Positions 25,762 through 39,718 are shown, numbered from the stretch's first letter. The stretch is 64,000 bases of DNA from Camelus ferus (GCF_009834535.1 NC_045696.1:31870001-31934000); one strand, 5' to 3'. Notes: generated from the letters alone by a model not told the origin. Numbers and translations: made by a program.

Positions 25762-26865
25762 AACAAATGGGACCTGATTAAACTTATAAACTTTAACACA
25801 GCAAAGGAGACCATAAGCAAAACAAAAAGACAACCTATGGAATGGGAGAAAATATTTGCAATAGATGAGACTGACAAGAGCTTAATTTCCAGAATATATA
25901 AACAGCTCATACAACTTAATAATAAAACAACCCAACCAAAAATGGAGAGAAGACCTAAATAAGCAGTTCTCCAATGAAGAGTTACAAATGGCCAATAGAC
26001 ACATGAAAAAATGCTTAGTATCGCTAATTATCAGAGAAATGCAAATCAAAACTTTCATGAGGTATCACCTCGCACCAATCAGAATGGCCATCATTAGAAA
26101 GTCTACAAATGATAAATGCTGAAGAGGGTGTGGAGAAAAGGGAACCCTTCTAGACTGTTGGTGGGAATGTAGTTTGGTGCAGCAATTATGGAAAACAATA
26201 TGAAGATTCCTCAAAAAACTAAAAATAGACTTACTGTATGATCCAGCAGTCCCACTGCTGGGCATATATCCAGAAGGAACTTTAATTTAAAAAGATACAT
26301 GCACTCCAGTGTTCATAGCAGCATTATTTACAATAGCCAAGACATGGAATCAACCTAAATGTCCATCAACAGATGACTGGATAAAGAAGGTGAGGTATAT
26401 TTATACAATGGAATACTACTCTGCTATAAAAAAAGAATAAAATAATGTCATTTGCAGCAACATGGGTGGACCTGAAGATTGTCATTCTAAGTGAAGTAAG
26501 CCAGAAAGAGAAAGAAAAATACTATATGATACCACTTATATGTGAAATCTGAAAAAAAAAGACACAGATGAACTTATTTACAAAACAGAAACAGACTCAC
26601 AGACATAGAAAACAAACTTATGGTTACCAAGGTGGGAGGGAGTGGGAAGGAATAAATTGAGAGTTGGAGATTTGCTGATATTAACTACTATATATAAAAG
26701 AGATAAACAACAAGTTTTTACTGTATAGCACTGGGAACTATATTCAGTATCTTGTAGTAACCTATAATGAAAAAGAATGTATGTATGTATATGTATGACT
26801 GAACTGTAATGCTGTACACCAGAAATTGACACAACATTGTAAACTGACTATACTTTAATTAAAAA
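25762..26865 (+). mobile_element. 5'-truncated L1 (ORF2 C-terminus plus 3'UTR)
   Basis: Perfect TSD aaagaaattta (25751-25761 / 26866-26876) and A-tail. Confidence 0.95.
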
Positions 26866-29800
26866 AAAGAAATTTAGCTATTAAAATGAAGAAAAATAAC
26901 ATTAAACATGAAGAGCTTCATAGTCTGAGTACAAATGGAAGAGCAATATGGTGGATTATAAAAGGTCAAATGGCTTCTGAGTTCAGTTACTGGTTAAAAT
27001 ACCACATCTTAATTTGTGATCGAGAGTTAAAGCTGTAGCCAAATTCTCTCTTCTCTTTCTTTGCAAGAAATCTAAAATTAACAACAGTTAACACATGTTT
27101 TGGCAATCATACTCCCCAGACCACCAGTCTCTCTGCAGTTGTTTTAGGATGTTTCAGTATTCCAAGCTGTTTTGATTGACCTGATCAGTCAAAGTAGTAC
27201 ATTGATTTTTCTTAAAGCACATCCTTGACTACAGTTTTCTTGGACTCCTGCTGCTTCTACTATTTAGATTCAAGTACAGAGGGGACGCATGTAGGAAGAA
27301 GAAACAATCATAGTCTTATGTGAAATGTATCATTTAATGGGTCACATAGATCATTTCATTGATTAACAAGAAATAAAAATGAATCCTAGACATGATTTTC
27401 TTTAGCATCAGAGTGGAATATTGTACCCCCTTCCTGTCAACAAGTTGAGTTTACCACAACTAACATCTGGCTGTGGTACACTTACAGTTTATGTTTTCTT
27501 AGTAGTGATTTGAATTATTTGACATCCCAATTGAAGGATGAACTACAAAATATCTAGATCCCTTTCAGATAGTGCTGTTTTTCTTCAATTTTCTTCTATT
27601 CCCTCACCCAAACCTACTCCATGGGCTGTAAGACCATACCAAGGTATTAGTTATTGAACATTGTACTGTAGTGTGAATATTGCTTTAAGCTAACAAGGTA
27701 CATGCAATTCTGTGAGGGATAAAATCTCCTTTGAAAATAAAAATTTTATAGTGTTAAAAAAAAGTTCATGAAAAATCTCTTAAATCTTGTATTGTTACAT
27801 ATTTTTATAATAGAGATAGTATTAAAAATGTATAAAATTAGAAGATTTAATTTCAAGATCTAGTTTACATACAGGAAGTACAATCAAAGGTTAAACATTT
27901 AATTGTATTTCTTAGACTATGAAAATTACATATGAAGGCAGCTTAAAAACTCAAGAGCCCAGGATTAAAATCAGCAATACTTTAACCTGAGTTACTTTGA
28001 GTATACACAGTGACAGTAACCTACAAAATAGAGTTTAAGAATCTATAGAAAATACCCTGATCCGAATTTCCTCATCCCTGCCAGAATAGGTGCGCTTCCA
28101 TATTCATTCTGTGTCTTCTGAGTTTTTTTACTTGCTTCATTAGGTCCTTTTTCTTAAGTAGGGCTCAGATTTGTACCCCAAACCCAATCTATCACTGAGG
28201 GCTTAATATTTCCCCACAGAAGTGAGAGCCAAGACTGATTGCTGGGTCTGAACATGCTAAGAGTCAGGAGAGAGTTACAAAGATGAACAGGAGAAGACCA
28301 GAAATTTCTTCTCACTTTGCATTATGACCACATTCTGACTCTTACTTAGGCAGACATTATTGTTTTAATTTTACCTTACAGTTTAAATTAAAGTAATGAG
28401 ATTATATTCAATTATTATGCCTTACACAATATATGCATTTAAAAGCATAGATCTTTAGATTTACCTCCTTTCCCTGATCTGAAACATTTAAAAGGAAATC
28501 TGTCAGTCAGGATGTAATGTGAAATTGTTCTCTCATTCTAATTTAAAACTTACACAAAGCATATAACACTGGTTATTTTTTAATATAAATCTTCTTTCAA
28601 GTGGTCTTTTTTGTGGTAACAATATGCTGTTAGTAGTAGTAACAAAATAGATAATATTTATGGATTGCTTACTTTTGCCAAGAACATACAATACTGTATC
28701 ACCTATATTTAAATGTTTTTCTCTAGTGAGAACTATGCAATGTTGCAAATAAGAATAAGTCTTTTTAAGAAACTCTTTTTCAGCCATTTCCTTGGAAAAA
28801 TCTCCAGGGCAATCTGTAGAAGAACTAGGACTGTTAAGGACTATTGATTGGTTTAACTTTGTGTATAGTCAACAAGGAGGTTGATTGACTTTTAAGACAC
28901 AGGTTAATGATCGCCTGTGAAATAGATAATACCCAATGTCATGATTTCAACCTGTGAATTACCATTCAGAAAATTTGGATTCTTGAGTTAGTTATCATAG
29001 GAATTATTAATTTTAGTGGTTCTAAGAAGATTATATTTCTATTTATGATACTCAATTCATTAGCCTTATATATTTGTTTAGAAAATCCCCATGAAAAGCC
29101 ATTAAAGATGCTATCACTACAAAGTTAAGTGTTTCTTAATTTGTCTAGCTAACGTGTACTGAGTTACTACAAGGTACTGAGAGAAAGATTTTGTTAAAGC
29201 AGAAATTTAATATTTATGCAAAACAGTTTAGCCTTTGCTGTCCAGTGCCTCTCCGTAGCACAAGGAAGACCATGAATTACTTAAAGCAAACATAGAGTCT
29301 TTTCTCAATCCCTTAAAATTAGATACACTGAGCTTCCATGTATTGAGGTGGAGCCATTGTGGCAAATGGAAAAAATGTATTCCTTCTTGTGGCAATGGAA
29401 CAACTATAATAATTTTATGCTACTAAGCCAACTCAGATCTAGAAGTGGTGGTATGAAGGTGTCAATGGTAACCTATGCTAATCAGCAGAAAATCACACTG
29501 ACAGTTTGATTGTTGCAGGAATATTTTCACTGCTCTCATATCTTTGCAAGTGGAAAAATAATAGTGTGAATAAATTGAAAAAACTCTCTGGCCCAGAGTC
29601 CTGTGTGACAGCAGTTAAACATGTTAATTTCTTGACAAGCTAAAAATGTAGGATTGAAACTCTTTCACTTACAGTGAAATCTGGACCTATTTCAAAATTG
29701 GGGAGGAACTAAAGTTTATAAATACTTTCAGAGATGTCTGCTTAATCAGACTATTTCAAGATAGTCCTAAGGTAATGAAGAGACCAGAGTGTGGTACACC

Positions 29801-31089
29801 TAAATTTTTAAGGAATAGACAAATTTTATATTGATGAAATTTTTTTCAAAAGAGGACTCTAAGGAACACCCCATTGTAAAATTATTTTATCATAATGAAG
29901 AGCCACATATTTTTCAGTGCCTTCTTTATATAAAAATATTCATATTTTCAGATTGGATTTATTCATTTAAGTAATTATGGATATAAGGTTGGGGTATCTG
30001 ATTGGAATCCTGACCTAAAGGTAGAAACTCTAATATTCTTTGTATGGCAAGTATATATATGTAAGAACTACATACTTCAAAAATCATTGAGAATTACAAA
30101 AATAAAATTTCATTACTTTTTTTCAAATTTGATTAAAAGTTTTAAAAGTCAAATGTTAAGATAAAAATAAAAGAAAATAAAGAAACATTATGATACATGA
30201 GCTTCTTCCACTAAAGCCATTATAATTGAATCATTCTGTTCTCCTTCTTCCATTGAGATTATAATGGCTCCACACAATGTAAGCAAGTGAGACTAATAAT
30301 AGCATCCATCCTCATAAGTGTGCCATTAAGACAGAAGATGACAGCAGGAGCAAGAGGAGAAACAACGCTGTGCATAAATCACTCTGACCTAGAAGACTAA
30401 AGGAAATACAAATACAAAAAAAAAGCTGTGAAAACACAACTACAGCAGTCTCAGGAGATATAACCCAGGTGGGTCAGCTATTAGTAGAGCATACAGAGTG
30501 GACATGGCTCCTAACATAACATAATACATCCAGGGTACCTCTAAGAAAGATTTCAGAAGAAAAATACCTAGAAATTAGTCATTAGTAAGACCACTGATTG
30601 GATAAGAGTCCTCATTAGGTTATCTGCTGGCCTCATAACTCAAAGAAAGTGCAAGAGTTCATTTCTACCTGGATTGATTACATTTAGGTTATCTCATACT
30701 TCTTTTTTGTCTTACCAGGAAAATTGGACTGACCAGTGAGCTCTGGTGCTCAATAGTATTGATAATGTCAACATACTAGATGTTAGAAACTATGGAATAA
30801 TTATGTGATTGCATGGCCATAGGTTGTACTCATAATCCTTATGTATCTACTCTATTCTGTTCCAAACATTATTTACTGACTTTTTCTCATTGAACTTATT
30901 TTCTAAATGTTTATATTGGTTGCAAAAGTTGACCTGGTAGACGAGGTAGAAAAATCTACATCTCAAATAACCTTCCAACATTCTAAAAAACACAATTTGC
31001 TAAAGTGTAATATTCAAAAGTAATTATAAATTTCTACAATAAAAAACAGGTATCAGAGAACTAATGCTGTGCCTTTTGATGCTTTAGAG

Positions 31090-31612
31090 CAGGGATCAAA
31101 ACACTTTTTTTCCAATGGGCCAGATAGTAAATATTTTCTGCTCTGTGGACCATATGGTCTATCCCTCCTAAAGGTCTGAATGTTTTCCCCTAAAATTCAT
31201 TTGTTTAAATCCCAATGCCCAGTATATTAGTATTAAGAGTTGAGGACTTTGGGAGTTGGTTAATACAAAAGAGATCATAGAGTGCTTCCTAGTCCCTTGC
31301 ACCACATGAAGATAAAGGAAAAGTTAGTGACCTGGAAGAGGTCCCTCATCTGACCATGGCTGGCACCTAGATCTTAGATTTCCAGTGTCTTGGACTGTGA
31401 GAATAAATTTCTTTTTTTTTATAAGCTACCCAGTCTGTAGCAACCCAATCTGTTTTGGCAGCCCGAACAGACTAAGATACTGACTTAAGTACTCAGCTAT
31501 GTCATTGTATGCAAAAGTAATGACAGATGACTTGACTGTTTTCCAGTGACTTTTTTTCATAAAAACAAGCAGTAGACCAGGTCTGGCCCATTGGACTTAG
31601 TTTGCCCACCAA
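31090..31612 (+). mobile_element. MER58A-like (hAT-Charlie) element split by MLT1A0
   Basis: cagggatcaaaacactttt...gggccagatagtaaatatttt...ccatatggtct before the insert; tactcagctatgtcattgtatgcaaaag...ggtctggccca...tagtttgccc after it. Confidence 0.85.
31166..31479 (+). mobile_element. MLT1A/MLT1A0 solo LTR
   Basis: ggtctgaatgttttcccctaaaattcat...gctggcacctagatcttagatttccag...ataagctacccagtctgt...gcagcccgaacagactaagata. Confidence 0.88.
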
Positions 31613-33328
31613 TAATTTAAGAAAACCTGAGAGTTAAATAATACTTTAATTTTGGAATCAAATTTACAAAAGATAGATTTATCCTCCACATCGTATGTTG
31701 TCAATCCTCTGATAGCAACATAAGGTATAAGTATACTGAGATACTTTAAATCCATTCTGATTTTTTCACTTTTTCTTATAGAACACAGGTTGATAGCCCA
31801 AAATTCAAAATACATAATATTTTGTAAAACTATGATGATGTCAAGTCAAAAAGTATGCAAAGATTAAAATGTTTAGGAATTAAACATAGAGTATAAATTG
31901 TTTACTAATGTTCACTTGTAGCCAGATACATTATTACCCTAACTGGATGCTGCTTAATAGAAGATATAGTTACAAACGTCACCACAGTTGTATTTGCTTG
32001 CCAGAATATGTGTTATTTATTTAAATCCTTTTTTGACTCTATGCACTGGCTCATGTTATCATGCTGCCATTTAGGTCAGATTGTCAATAAGTATATATGT
32101 CTAGCAGCCACTTCCTCAGATCAGAAGTTGTAATCTACTTACCAGTTTTTAATGATTCTAAATTAAAATAAATACTCAGAATAATATATTTTTTAAAAAT
32201 TTTGTTTCTGGATATAATAGCCTAGCAATAGGCTGTTCATTTTTATTTCTACTTATTTTTAAGGAAAGTACTCTTTTGAGAGGCAGAATACTTCACTGTT
32301 TGTCAGAATTTCCCAGTGCTCCATAGTAAATAGAAATTGTCATTCAATTAATAAAAAGTGTAAAGAAGCATAAAATTGTAAAAGTTACCACATAATGCTT
32401 GATTCCCCTGATTTATTCTAGTGCTCTCTAACAGAATTTAGAATGATGAGCCCCTTTTTTCCCCATGTCACTTCTGGAGACTTTTGTTGGTATTTTATTC
32501 TCTTAACATTTTTCCTAGTTATTTATTCTCATCAGTTAAAGTTGGATAGAAAATACATTCTTCCTCTAACTCCTGATGATGTATTTCTGTGCTTATGTAG
32601 AGTGTTACTTTTCTTTATGATGTTTGTAGATAATGAAAGCAGTTTTACAAACATATCTTTTGTATTAAAGGCCCCTTTCTGAAGGTAGGAAATTTAGTTC
32701 TGTAATTCTTAGAATCTTCTGAAGACTTAGGCCATTGTAGCTGGGGAGTAATAAGGTAGGCACTCATTGCCAACAATGTATCTTTAAATTCCATTTTCTT
32801 GAAGATATGTAGGAAAAACATACAGATAAACACACATAGAGTACATACATTCTAAGCAAGTTGATTTTATTTCAAATGCTGTTTGCCACTAATCTCTAGA
32901 ATAAAACAAGCAATGTTTCATCCAGCTGATTTGAATTTTAAAGGATTGTTATGATATACTGCATGATAAGATATATTAAGATATATTGCAGTTTTACGCT
33001 AACAAGCAATTTGAAACCCAATTTAGCAACTAATTTTTAATTCAAAACCTTTTTAGTAGTTTAAATCTGGTTTGTTCCTGTATTCTATTGGACATCCCAA
33101 TTTCCCTCTAAACTATAGAATTTTCTCAGGTTTGAGGAACTCTTGATTCTTCTATTGATTATAATAAGCTTGGATATCCTCACTTTTTTGCTTGGGTTAT
33201 CTAAGAACTTAGAGAATATAAGCCAGTATCTAAACTTTATCATTAAAAAATCTAGTGTAATTTGATATAAAAGTTTGTTAGCCCAGAAAATAATTCTGTT
33301 TTTAAAAAGTAAAAGGTACACCCCCAAG

Positions 33329-33365
<37 letters not shown>

Positions 33366-33384
33366 CATATTGAATATATATATA
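33329..33384. repeat. (TA)n microsatellite
   Basis: Directly visible. Confidence 0.9.
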
Positions 33385-33595
33385 TTTTTTTCAAGTTACT
33401 AGGTAAGCTACCTGTAGCATCACAAGTTAATTTTTTGTTAAAAGAGCTTTTGAAAAAATTCCATTAAACTGAATAATTTAGGGACATGGAAAAAATCTCT
33501 ATGCTGGCTAGATTATCTGGATATCACACACATAAAAATCCATGCTTCTCAGGATGAATTCTTCATGCTAAAATGTTAGAGAATTCCTACAGTAT

Positions 33596-33697
33596 TTTAA
33601 TTTATTTTTAATGAAGTATAGTGGATTTACAATATCATATTAGCTTCAAGTAATTCAGTTTTTTTTTAATAGACTTACTCCATTAAAAGTTATCACA
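33596..33697 (-). mobile_element. Short older L1 3' tail remnant
   Basis: tttttaatgaagtatagtggatttacaatatcatattagcttcaagt...tactccattaaaagttat. Confidence 0.75.
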
Positions 33698-33890
33698 TTT
33701 CAAAATTGTAGAATAGACTACACTGTATGGCACAGGGAAATATACACAAAATGTTATGATAACTCACAGAGGAAAAAATGTGACAATGAGTGTGTATATG
33801 TCCATGAATAACTGAAAAATTGTGCTGAACACTGGAATTTGACACAACATTGTAAAATGATTATAAATCAATAAAAAATGTTAAAAAAAA
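33698..33890 (+). mobile_element. Young L1 3' tail (about 190 bp), same tail family as 7654-10267
   Basis: Perfect 13-bp TSD aaaagttatcaca (33685-33697 / 33891-33903) at a TT/AAAA site, with poly-A. Confidence 0.96.
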
Positions 33891-33903
33891 AAAAGTTATC
33901 ACA

Positions 33904-36510
33904 GACTGGTGGCCAAAATGGCAGAGTAAAAAGAGCTGGAGCTCAACTCCTCTTACAGACACACCAAGATCACAACTAACTGCAGAACAGCTATTGATTA
34001 AAAAAAGAAAAAAGAAAGAAAGAAAGACTGGAAACTACCAGAAAAGATATTTTATAGCTAAAACTTAAAGAAGAAATGATGACGAGACTAGTAGGAGCGG
34101 AAGACTTGCAATATAATCAGGTCCCTTAGCACCCCCACTGTGGGTGACCCACAGACTGGAGAATAACTGTATTGCAGAGGTTCTCCCACAGAAGTGAGAA
34201 TTCTTAGTCCCACGTCAGGCTCCCCAGCCCATGGGTCTGGCACTAGGAAGAGGAGCCTCCAGTGTTGGGCTTTGAAGGCCAGCAGGACTTAATTACAGGA
34301 GCTCCATGGGAATGGGGGAAACAGAGACTTTGTACTTAAAGGTCACATAGAAAATCTCACACTCAATAAGACCAAGGGCAAAACCAGTAATTTCATAGGA
34401 GCCCCGATCAGACCTACCTGCTAGTCTGGGGGAGAGGGCTCTCCTCAGGAGGCATAGGGCGGCTGTGGCTCAGCCTGGGAATATAGATACAGTGGCAGAC
34501 ATTTGGGGGTGTTCATCTGAATGAACTCTCCTTCCACAAAGCTGACATCTTGTTTGGACATTAGCACCAAGACTTGACCCCATTCAACAGCCTTTGGGCT
34601 CCAGTGCTGGGACGCCTCAGGTCAAACAGCTAACTATGTGGGGAGTTATCCCCACCCATCAGCAGACAGACTACCTAAAGAATCTCTGATCTGATAGCTG
34701 CCTTTAGACATGGCCCTAGACACAGCCCTGCCCACCAGAGGGCTAAGACCCAGTTTCACCCACCAGTGGACAGGCACCATCCCCTCCTGCTAGGAAGCCT
34801 GCATAAGCCTCTAGACCAGCCTCACTCACCAGGGGACAGACCTCAGAAACTGGAAAACTTTGATCTAGCAACTGAAAAAACAACTCCACAAACAAAGGCC
34901 AGAGTCTACCTTGGGACGAGCTGGCCACAAGCCCCTGGGTGCACTGCTGGGATATATAGGATGTCTCCTACAGAGGGCCACTTCTCCAAGGTCGAGAAAC
35001 GTAACTAACCTGCCACATACATAAAAATACAAATAGAAATTTAAACAAAATGAGGTGGCAAAGGAATACCTTCCAGACAAAGGAGCAATATAAAATCCCA
35101 GAAGAAGAACTAAGTGATGTGGAGATAGGCAATATACCTGCGAAAGAGTTCAGAGTAATCATCATGAGGTTGATCAAAGGTCTCAGGAAGAGAATGGATG
35201 AACAGAGAGAGAAGACAGAAGCTTTTTTTCAAAGAGATAAGAAAAAAAAAAAAGAACAGAGATGAAGAATACAATAACTGAAATGAAAAATATACTAGAA
35301 GGAAACAATACAATAGACTAAATGAGGCAGAAGAACAAATAAGTGAGCTGGGAGACAGAGTAGTGGAAATCACTGCAACAGAACAGAAAAAAAAAAGAAT
35401 GAAAAGAAATGAAGACAGTTTAAGGGACTTCTGGGACAATATAAAGCATACCAACATTCACATTTTAGGGGTCCCAGAAGGAGAAGAGAGAAAGGGCCCA
35501 AGAAGATATTTGAAGAGGTAATAACTGAAAACTTACCTAACCTGGGGAAGGAAACAGTCACCCAAGTCCAGGAAGTACAGAGTCCCATACAGGATTAATC
35601 CAAAGAGGAGCACACCAAGACATACTATAAATATTAAATATTAAAAATAGAGAAGCATCAAGGGAAAAGCAACAAGTAACATACCAGGGAATTCCCATTA
35701 GACTGTCAGCTAATTTTTCAGCAGAAACTCTATAAGCCAGAAGGGAATGGCAGGATACATTTAAAGTGATGAAAGGGAAATACCTGCAACAAGGAATCCT
35801 CTATCCAGCAAGGATTTGATGGAGAAATCAAAAGCTTTATAAGCAAAGCTGAAAGAACTCAACATCTCCAAACCAGCTTTACACCAAATGCTAAAGGAAC
35901 TTCTCTAGGTGGAAAGAAAAGGCCACAGTTTAAAACAAGAAAATTACAAAATGGAAAAGCTCAGTGGTAAAGGCAACATACAGTAAATGTAAGAAATCAT
36001 TCTCACACAATCTAGGAGGAAGGATAAAAGACAAAGGTAGTAAAGTCATCTGTATCCATAGTAAGCATTTAAGAGGACACAAAACAAGTGTAAAATATGA
36101 TATCAAAACCAGTAATCATAAGGGGACGATAGTACAAATGCAGGGCACTTAAAATGTGTTTGAAAATAAGAAATTAGCAGCTTAAACCAATCATGTATAT
36201 ATACAGAATGTTATACCAAAACCTTATGGTAATTGAAAACCAAAAATCTATAATAATGTACACAACAAAAAAGAAAAAGTAATTCTAACATAGCACTAAA
36301 GAGAGTCACCAAATCACAAGAGAAGAAAAGAAAGAAAAAGACCTAATATACATTTCACTGTTGAATTTAATGTTAACTGTGGGTTTGGCATAAATGGCCT
36401 ATTACTATTTTGAGATATGTTCTCTCTTTACCTACTTTGATGAGTGTTTTATCATGAATGGATGTTGAATTTTGTGAAATGCTGTGTCTTTTGAGATGAT
36501 AACCTACAAA
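33904..36510 (+). mobile_element. L1 5'UTR plus ORF1 (35050-35908, disrupted) plus inter-ORF spacer; no ORF2 or 3'UTR
   Basis: 5' terminus ccaaaatggcagagtaaaaagagctggagctcaactcctct; ORF1 MRWQRNTFQTKEQ...; ends gaaaaagaccta[insert]acctacaaa. Confidence 0.9.
36346..36501 (-). mobile_element. Inverted internal L1 ORF2 (RT-region) fragment without a tail
   Basis: Homologous to 9880-10030 (DKI...IK-L-KVG-EGTYL-II-A-YDKPT); flanked by accta at 36341-36345 and 36502-36506. Confidence 0.8.
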
Positions 36511-36739
36511 GACTTGCAGTGGTCCCATGCAGTAAATGCCTAAGCAGAAGTACACATGCAGTCATTTAAGACATTCTATAAGACACTGCAGTAAATAGAT
36601 AAATGTAAATCTGCACTGTGCATCTTAATAAAATTATTATATTGATTAGTTGTATGCCTTATTTAAACATACTGCCTTCTAAGCATCTTTTTTAAAGATT
36701 TTGTTTAAAAGCCTGGAGTATAAGAATATAGCTATAACA

Positions 36740-36920
36740 TGCATTCATTCTTTTATTCAACAGCATACCTGTGCACTTACAGTTGTCCAGGCTTTATGAC
36801 TTATTATGGATATAAATACTTAGAATAAACACACATATACACAATAGTTCCACAGGTTATCATACACAAGGGGGAAAGGGACAAGTAAATAAACATACAC
36901 TTACAATAAGTGCTATGGTA
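36740..36920 (-). mobile_element. L2 3' end fragment
   Basis: cattcattctttttattcaacagcat...tgtgcacttac...tgtccaggc...ataagtgctatgg. Confidence 0.6.
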
Positions 36921-36989
36921 GAAGAAATTCGACTCAAAATGCAAACTTAAAGCCTCCCTCCCCATCAAAACTATGTCATTTTACTTAGT

Positions 36990-37100
36990 TTATATGTATG
37001 TGTGTGTGTATATACACATATATACACACATAAATATATATAAAGCATATATGTTTTAAAGTATATATATACTTTATAAATATGTGTGTGTGTGTGTGTA

Positions 37101-37163
<63 letters not shown>
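36990..37163. repeat. Compound (TG)/(TA)/(CA) microsatellite
   Basis: Directly visible. Confidence 0.92.
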
Positions 37164-37165
<2 letters not shown>

Positions 37166-38014
37166 TTTAAAGTAAACTAATTACAGGCTTAGATCATTCT
37201 AATTATCTTTCCAAAATTTGACTCTGTAAAGTGCTGCATTTAATCTTTATATACACATCATTATATGGTGTCAATAGATTTCTTCTATTCAGGGTTTGTG
37301 ATTTTAATATATTTAGGTACCAGGTTTTTCTTTCTTATGTGTACCAAATTCAGAGAGAAGCAAATAATAAATTAGAATAATAAGGAAGGGTACTTCAGTG
37401 CAGTCCTAAAACCAGGTCCAACATCCAAATAAACTCACATGCACTTATATACATACATTAACACATATTCTTATACACTTACTTTGCACACACACACATA
37501 CACACATATACATGTGCTTTATGCTTTCCCTTTGAAGAAAATAAATTACTTTGCCTAGAGAGTTCAACTTGAACCAGCATTAAAAAAATAGATTCAGTGT
37601 GAGAATAAATGTGTAAATATTCAATGAAAAGAAATACTATATGCAAAGATAGTATTTGTGTGAAACAGTGGGCCTGAGTTTCTTGAAGCAGAAATTCTAA
37701 AAGCTAGTCAACTTGGCCAAAATATGAAAGATTTTAAAAGTTATAAAAATTATCTATAAAAGTGTATACTTTTATTACTTATAAAAGATTAGACTGATAA
37801 CAATGTGCAAGGTAGTTTGGAATTACAAACAATACTGGAATCTGGAAAGCATCCCAAGGCATAATATTCTAAGTGATATATGACAATTTAGTGCCTAATT
37901 TCTTGGGGGTTTTGGTGCACATTTGATCAATAATTCATATCCATGCACTTTAAAACTAAACATTTTTCTTGCATATTTGATTTATTTCAATACCTTATCC
38001 AGATTTATAAACCA

Positions 38015-38156
38015 AAGATGGTCATCCTGGGCACTACTGACATTCTGGGCTAGATGCCAATAGCTAACCTCTCAATTTGTGATGAGCAAAAATGTCTTTA
38101 GATGTTGCCAAATGTCCTCTTTGGGGCAAGAATTTCACCAGTTGAGAATATTTGCT
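38015..38156 (-). mobile_element. MER20 (hAT-Charlie) with internal deletion
   Basis: ggcactactgacattctgggc|tagatgccaatagc...caaaaatgtctttagatgttgccaaatgtcc...cagttgagaa. Confidence 0.85.
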
Positions 38157-38202
38157 ATATACTAAGATTTTCCTGTTTTTCTTTTAATTTCAATACCCTA
38201 AC

Positions 38203-38652
38203 TGTATATAATCCCTTTTCACAATAAATACGTATAAAAAACAGAAATATTTAGTGACTTACAACAACAAATGTCTATTTTTTCTCAGCCAAAGATACAG
38301 ATGTCAGGTGGAATTTGGCTTATTTTGGTAGGGCTTGACTGGACCTAGTCAGCTTGACTAAACACTACAGCTCAAGTTCATTTATGTTCCATGTGTCTTA
38401 TACCAGGGTCTAAGTTGATGGAACAGACATGGAGTGTGATCTTTCTTACGGTTTTGTCAGGAGCTCAACAGGACAGTTCAGACATGTATGCACATTTCAA
38501 GCCTCCACTTATATTTAGTCTTCTATCTAGTTGACCAAAATCAAGTCATATAGCTAAGCCGAGATAAAGGGCAAGAAAGTCTTTCTGCTTACCATTCATT
38601 TGTGTCAAGAGTGTGAAGTAAAGGCTTAGAACCAACGATGCAATCTACCACA
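38203..38652 (-). mobile_element. Old MLT1 (H/J-type) LTR
   Basis: ttagtgacttacaacaacaa...catttcaagcctcc...ttgaccaaaatcaagtcatatagctaagcc...gatgcaatctaccaca. Confidence 0.7.
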
Positions 38653-39718
38653 TCTACCATCTAGCCAAATAATATGTAAGGCTTGGTTTGTAGATTTAGG
38701 TTTGTAGATATATATATAGATATACATATACAGATATAGATGCATATACATAAACATATATATATACATATTAATATTTATAGATCTATATATACATATA
38801 CATAAAAAAACACTAAACTGAGAGTTTCTTGGTGCCTAGTCCAATACTAGGCATATAAGTGCTTAAAGAATAAATACATGAGCAAGGTAACCATCATCAT
38901 TATTTGAAAATTTACATTTTTAAATTATGAATAAGACATTTTAATACATTGAGTAAATAGCATTACATAAATAGCATTAAATGCTATTACATTAAAAATA
39001 ATATCAAATAGTTATTAATAACAAAAACTCTGAAAGTGAGAGGCTATTTTGTAATTTGTGGAGAATCATGTTACACATAAAATGTACTAATGATACTTAC
39101 TTCTACATGACATGATATCGATTCTATGAATTATCTTGCTGTGAACTTTCATTCATGATTTTTCACTTACCTTAATAACTTAAACCTTCTTTTATAAATG
39201 CAACTAAATAAACAGAGACAAAATAATCTTTATAATTTTTCTACAAGTACTTTTGACTTCTGTATATTACATGAATGACTAATTATTACTCACAAAATCT
39301 AGCTTCTCTGTTCTTCTTACCTCTCATTTTTCTCCTTTTCTTAATAAATTCCCAACTGTGTGAAAATCAAAAGCAAGTTTTGAAATGACACCACAGCATG
39401 CTTTTGTATAATGAGTAAAGTTAGTGTTCAATTACAATGTCATTTCCCTTTGAAAAGAGAATTTGAATTTGAAAAATTGTCTAACAAATTGAAGTAGCAA
39501 AGACTTTCTTACTCTATTTTACATCATTAGATGAATCAAAAAGGTAGCCAACAAGTCTGAGCATTAAGTCACTAGAATTTATAACTGAAAACCAACATAT
39601 AACTGTAGGTATTTGATCATTTGTTCTTTCCCTGGGGTTATGTTCAATAATATATTTGGCTCACAAATCTAAATATACTGGGCACTTCATGGTTTGCTTT
39701 ACATAAATGAATTATAAA

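Noticed and set aside
29665..29700. Possible minus-strand micro-exon (tttgaaatag|gtccagatttcact|gtaagtg)
   Set aside because: It is 14 nt, not frame-preserving and has no partner exons; such motifs arise by chance.
38952..38990. Short tandem plus palindrome aatagcatt-a-aatgctatt; small tandem duplications near 21361 and 22114
   Set aside because: These are short AT-rich features consistent with local slippage or chance.
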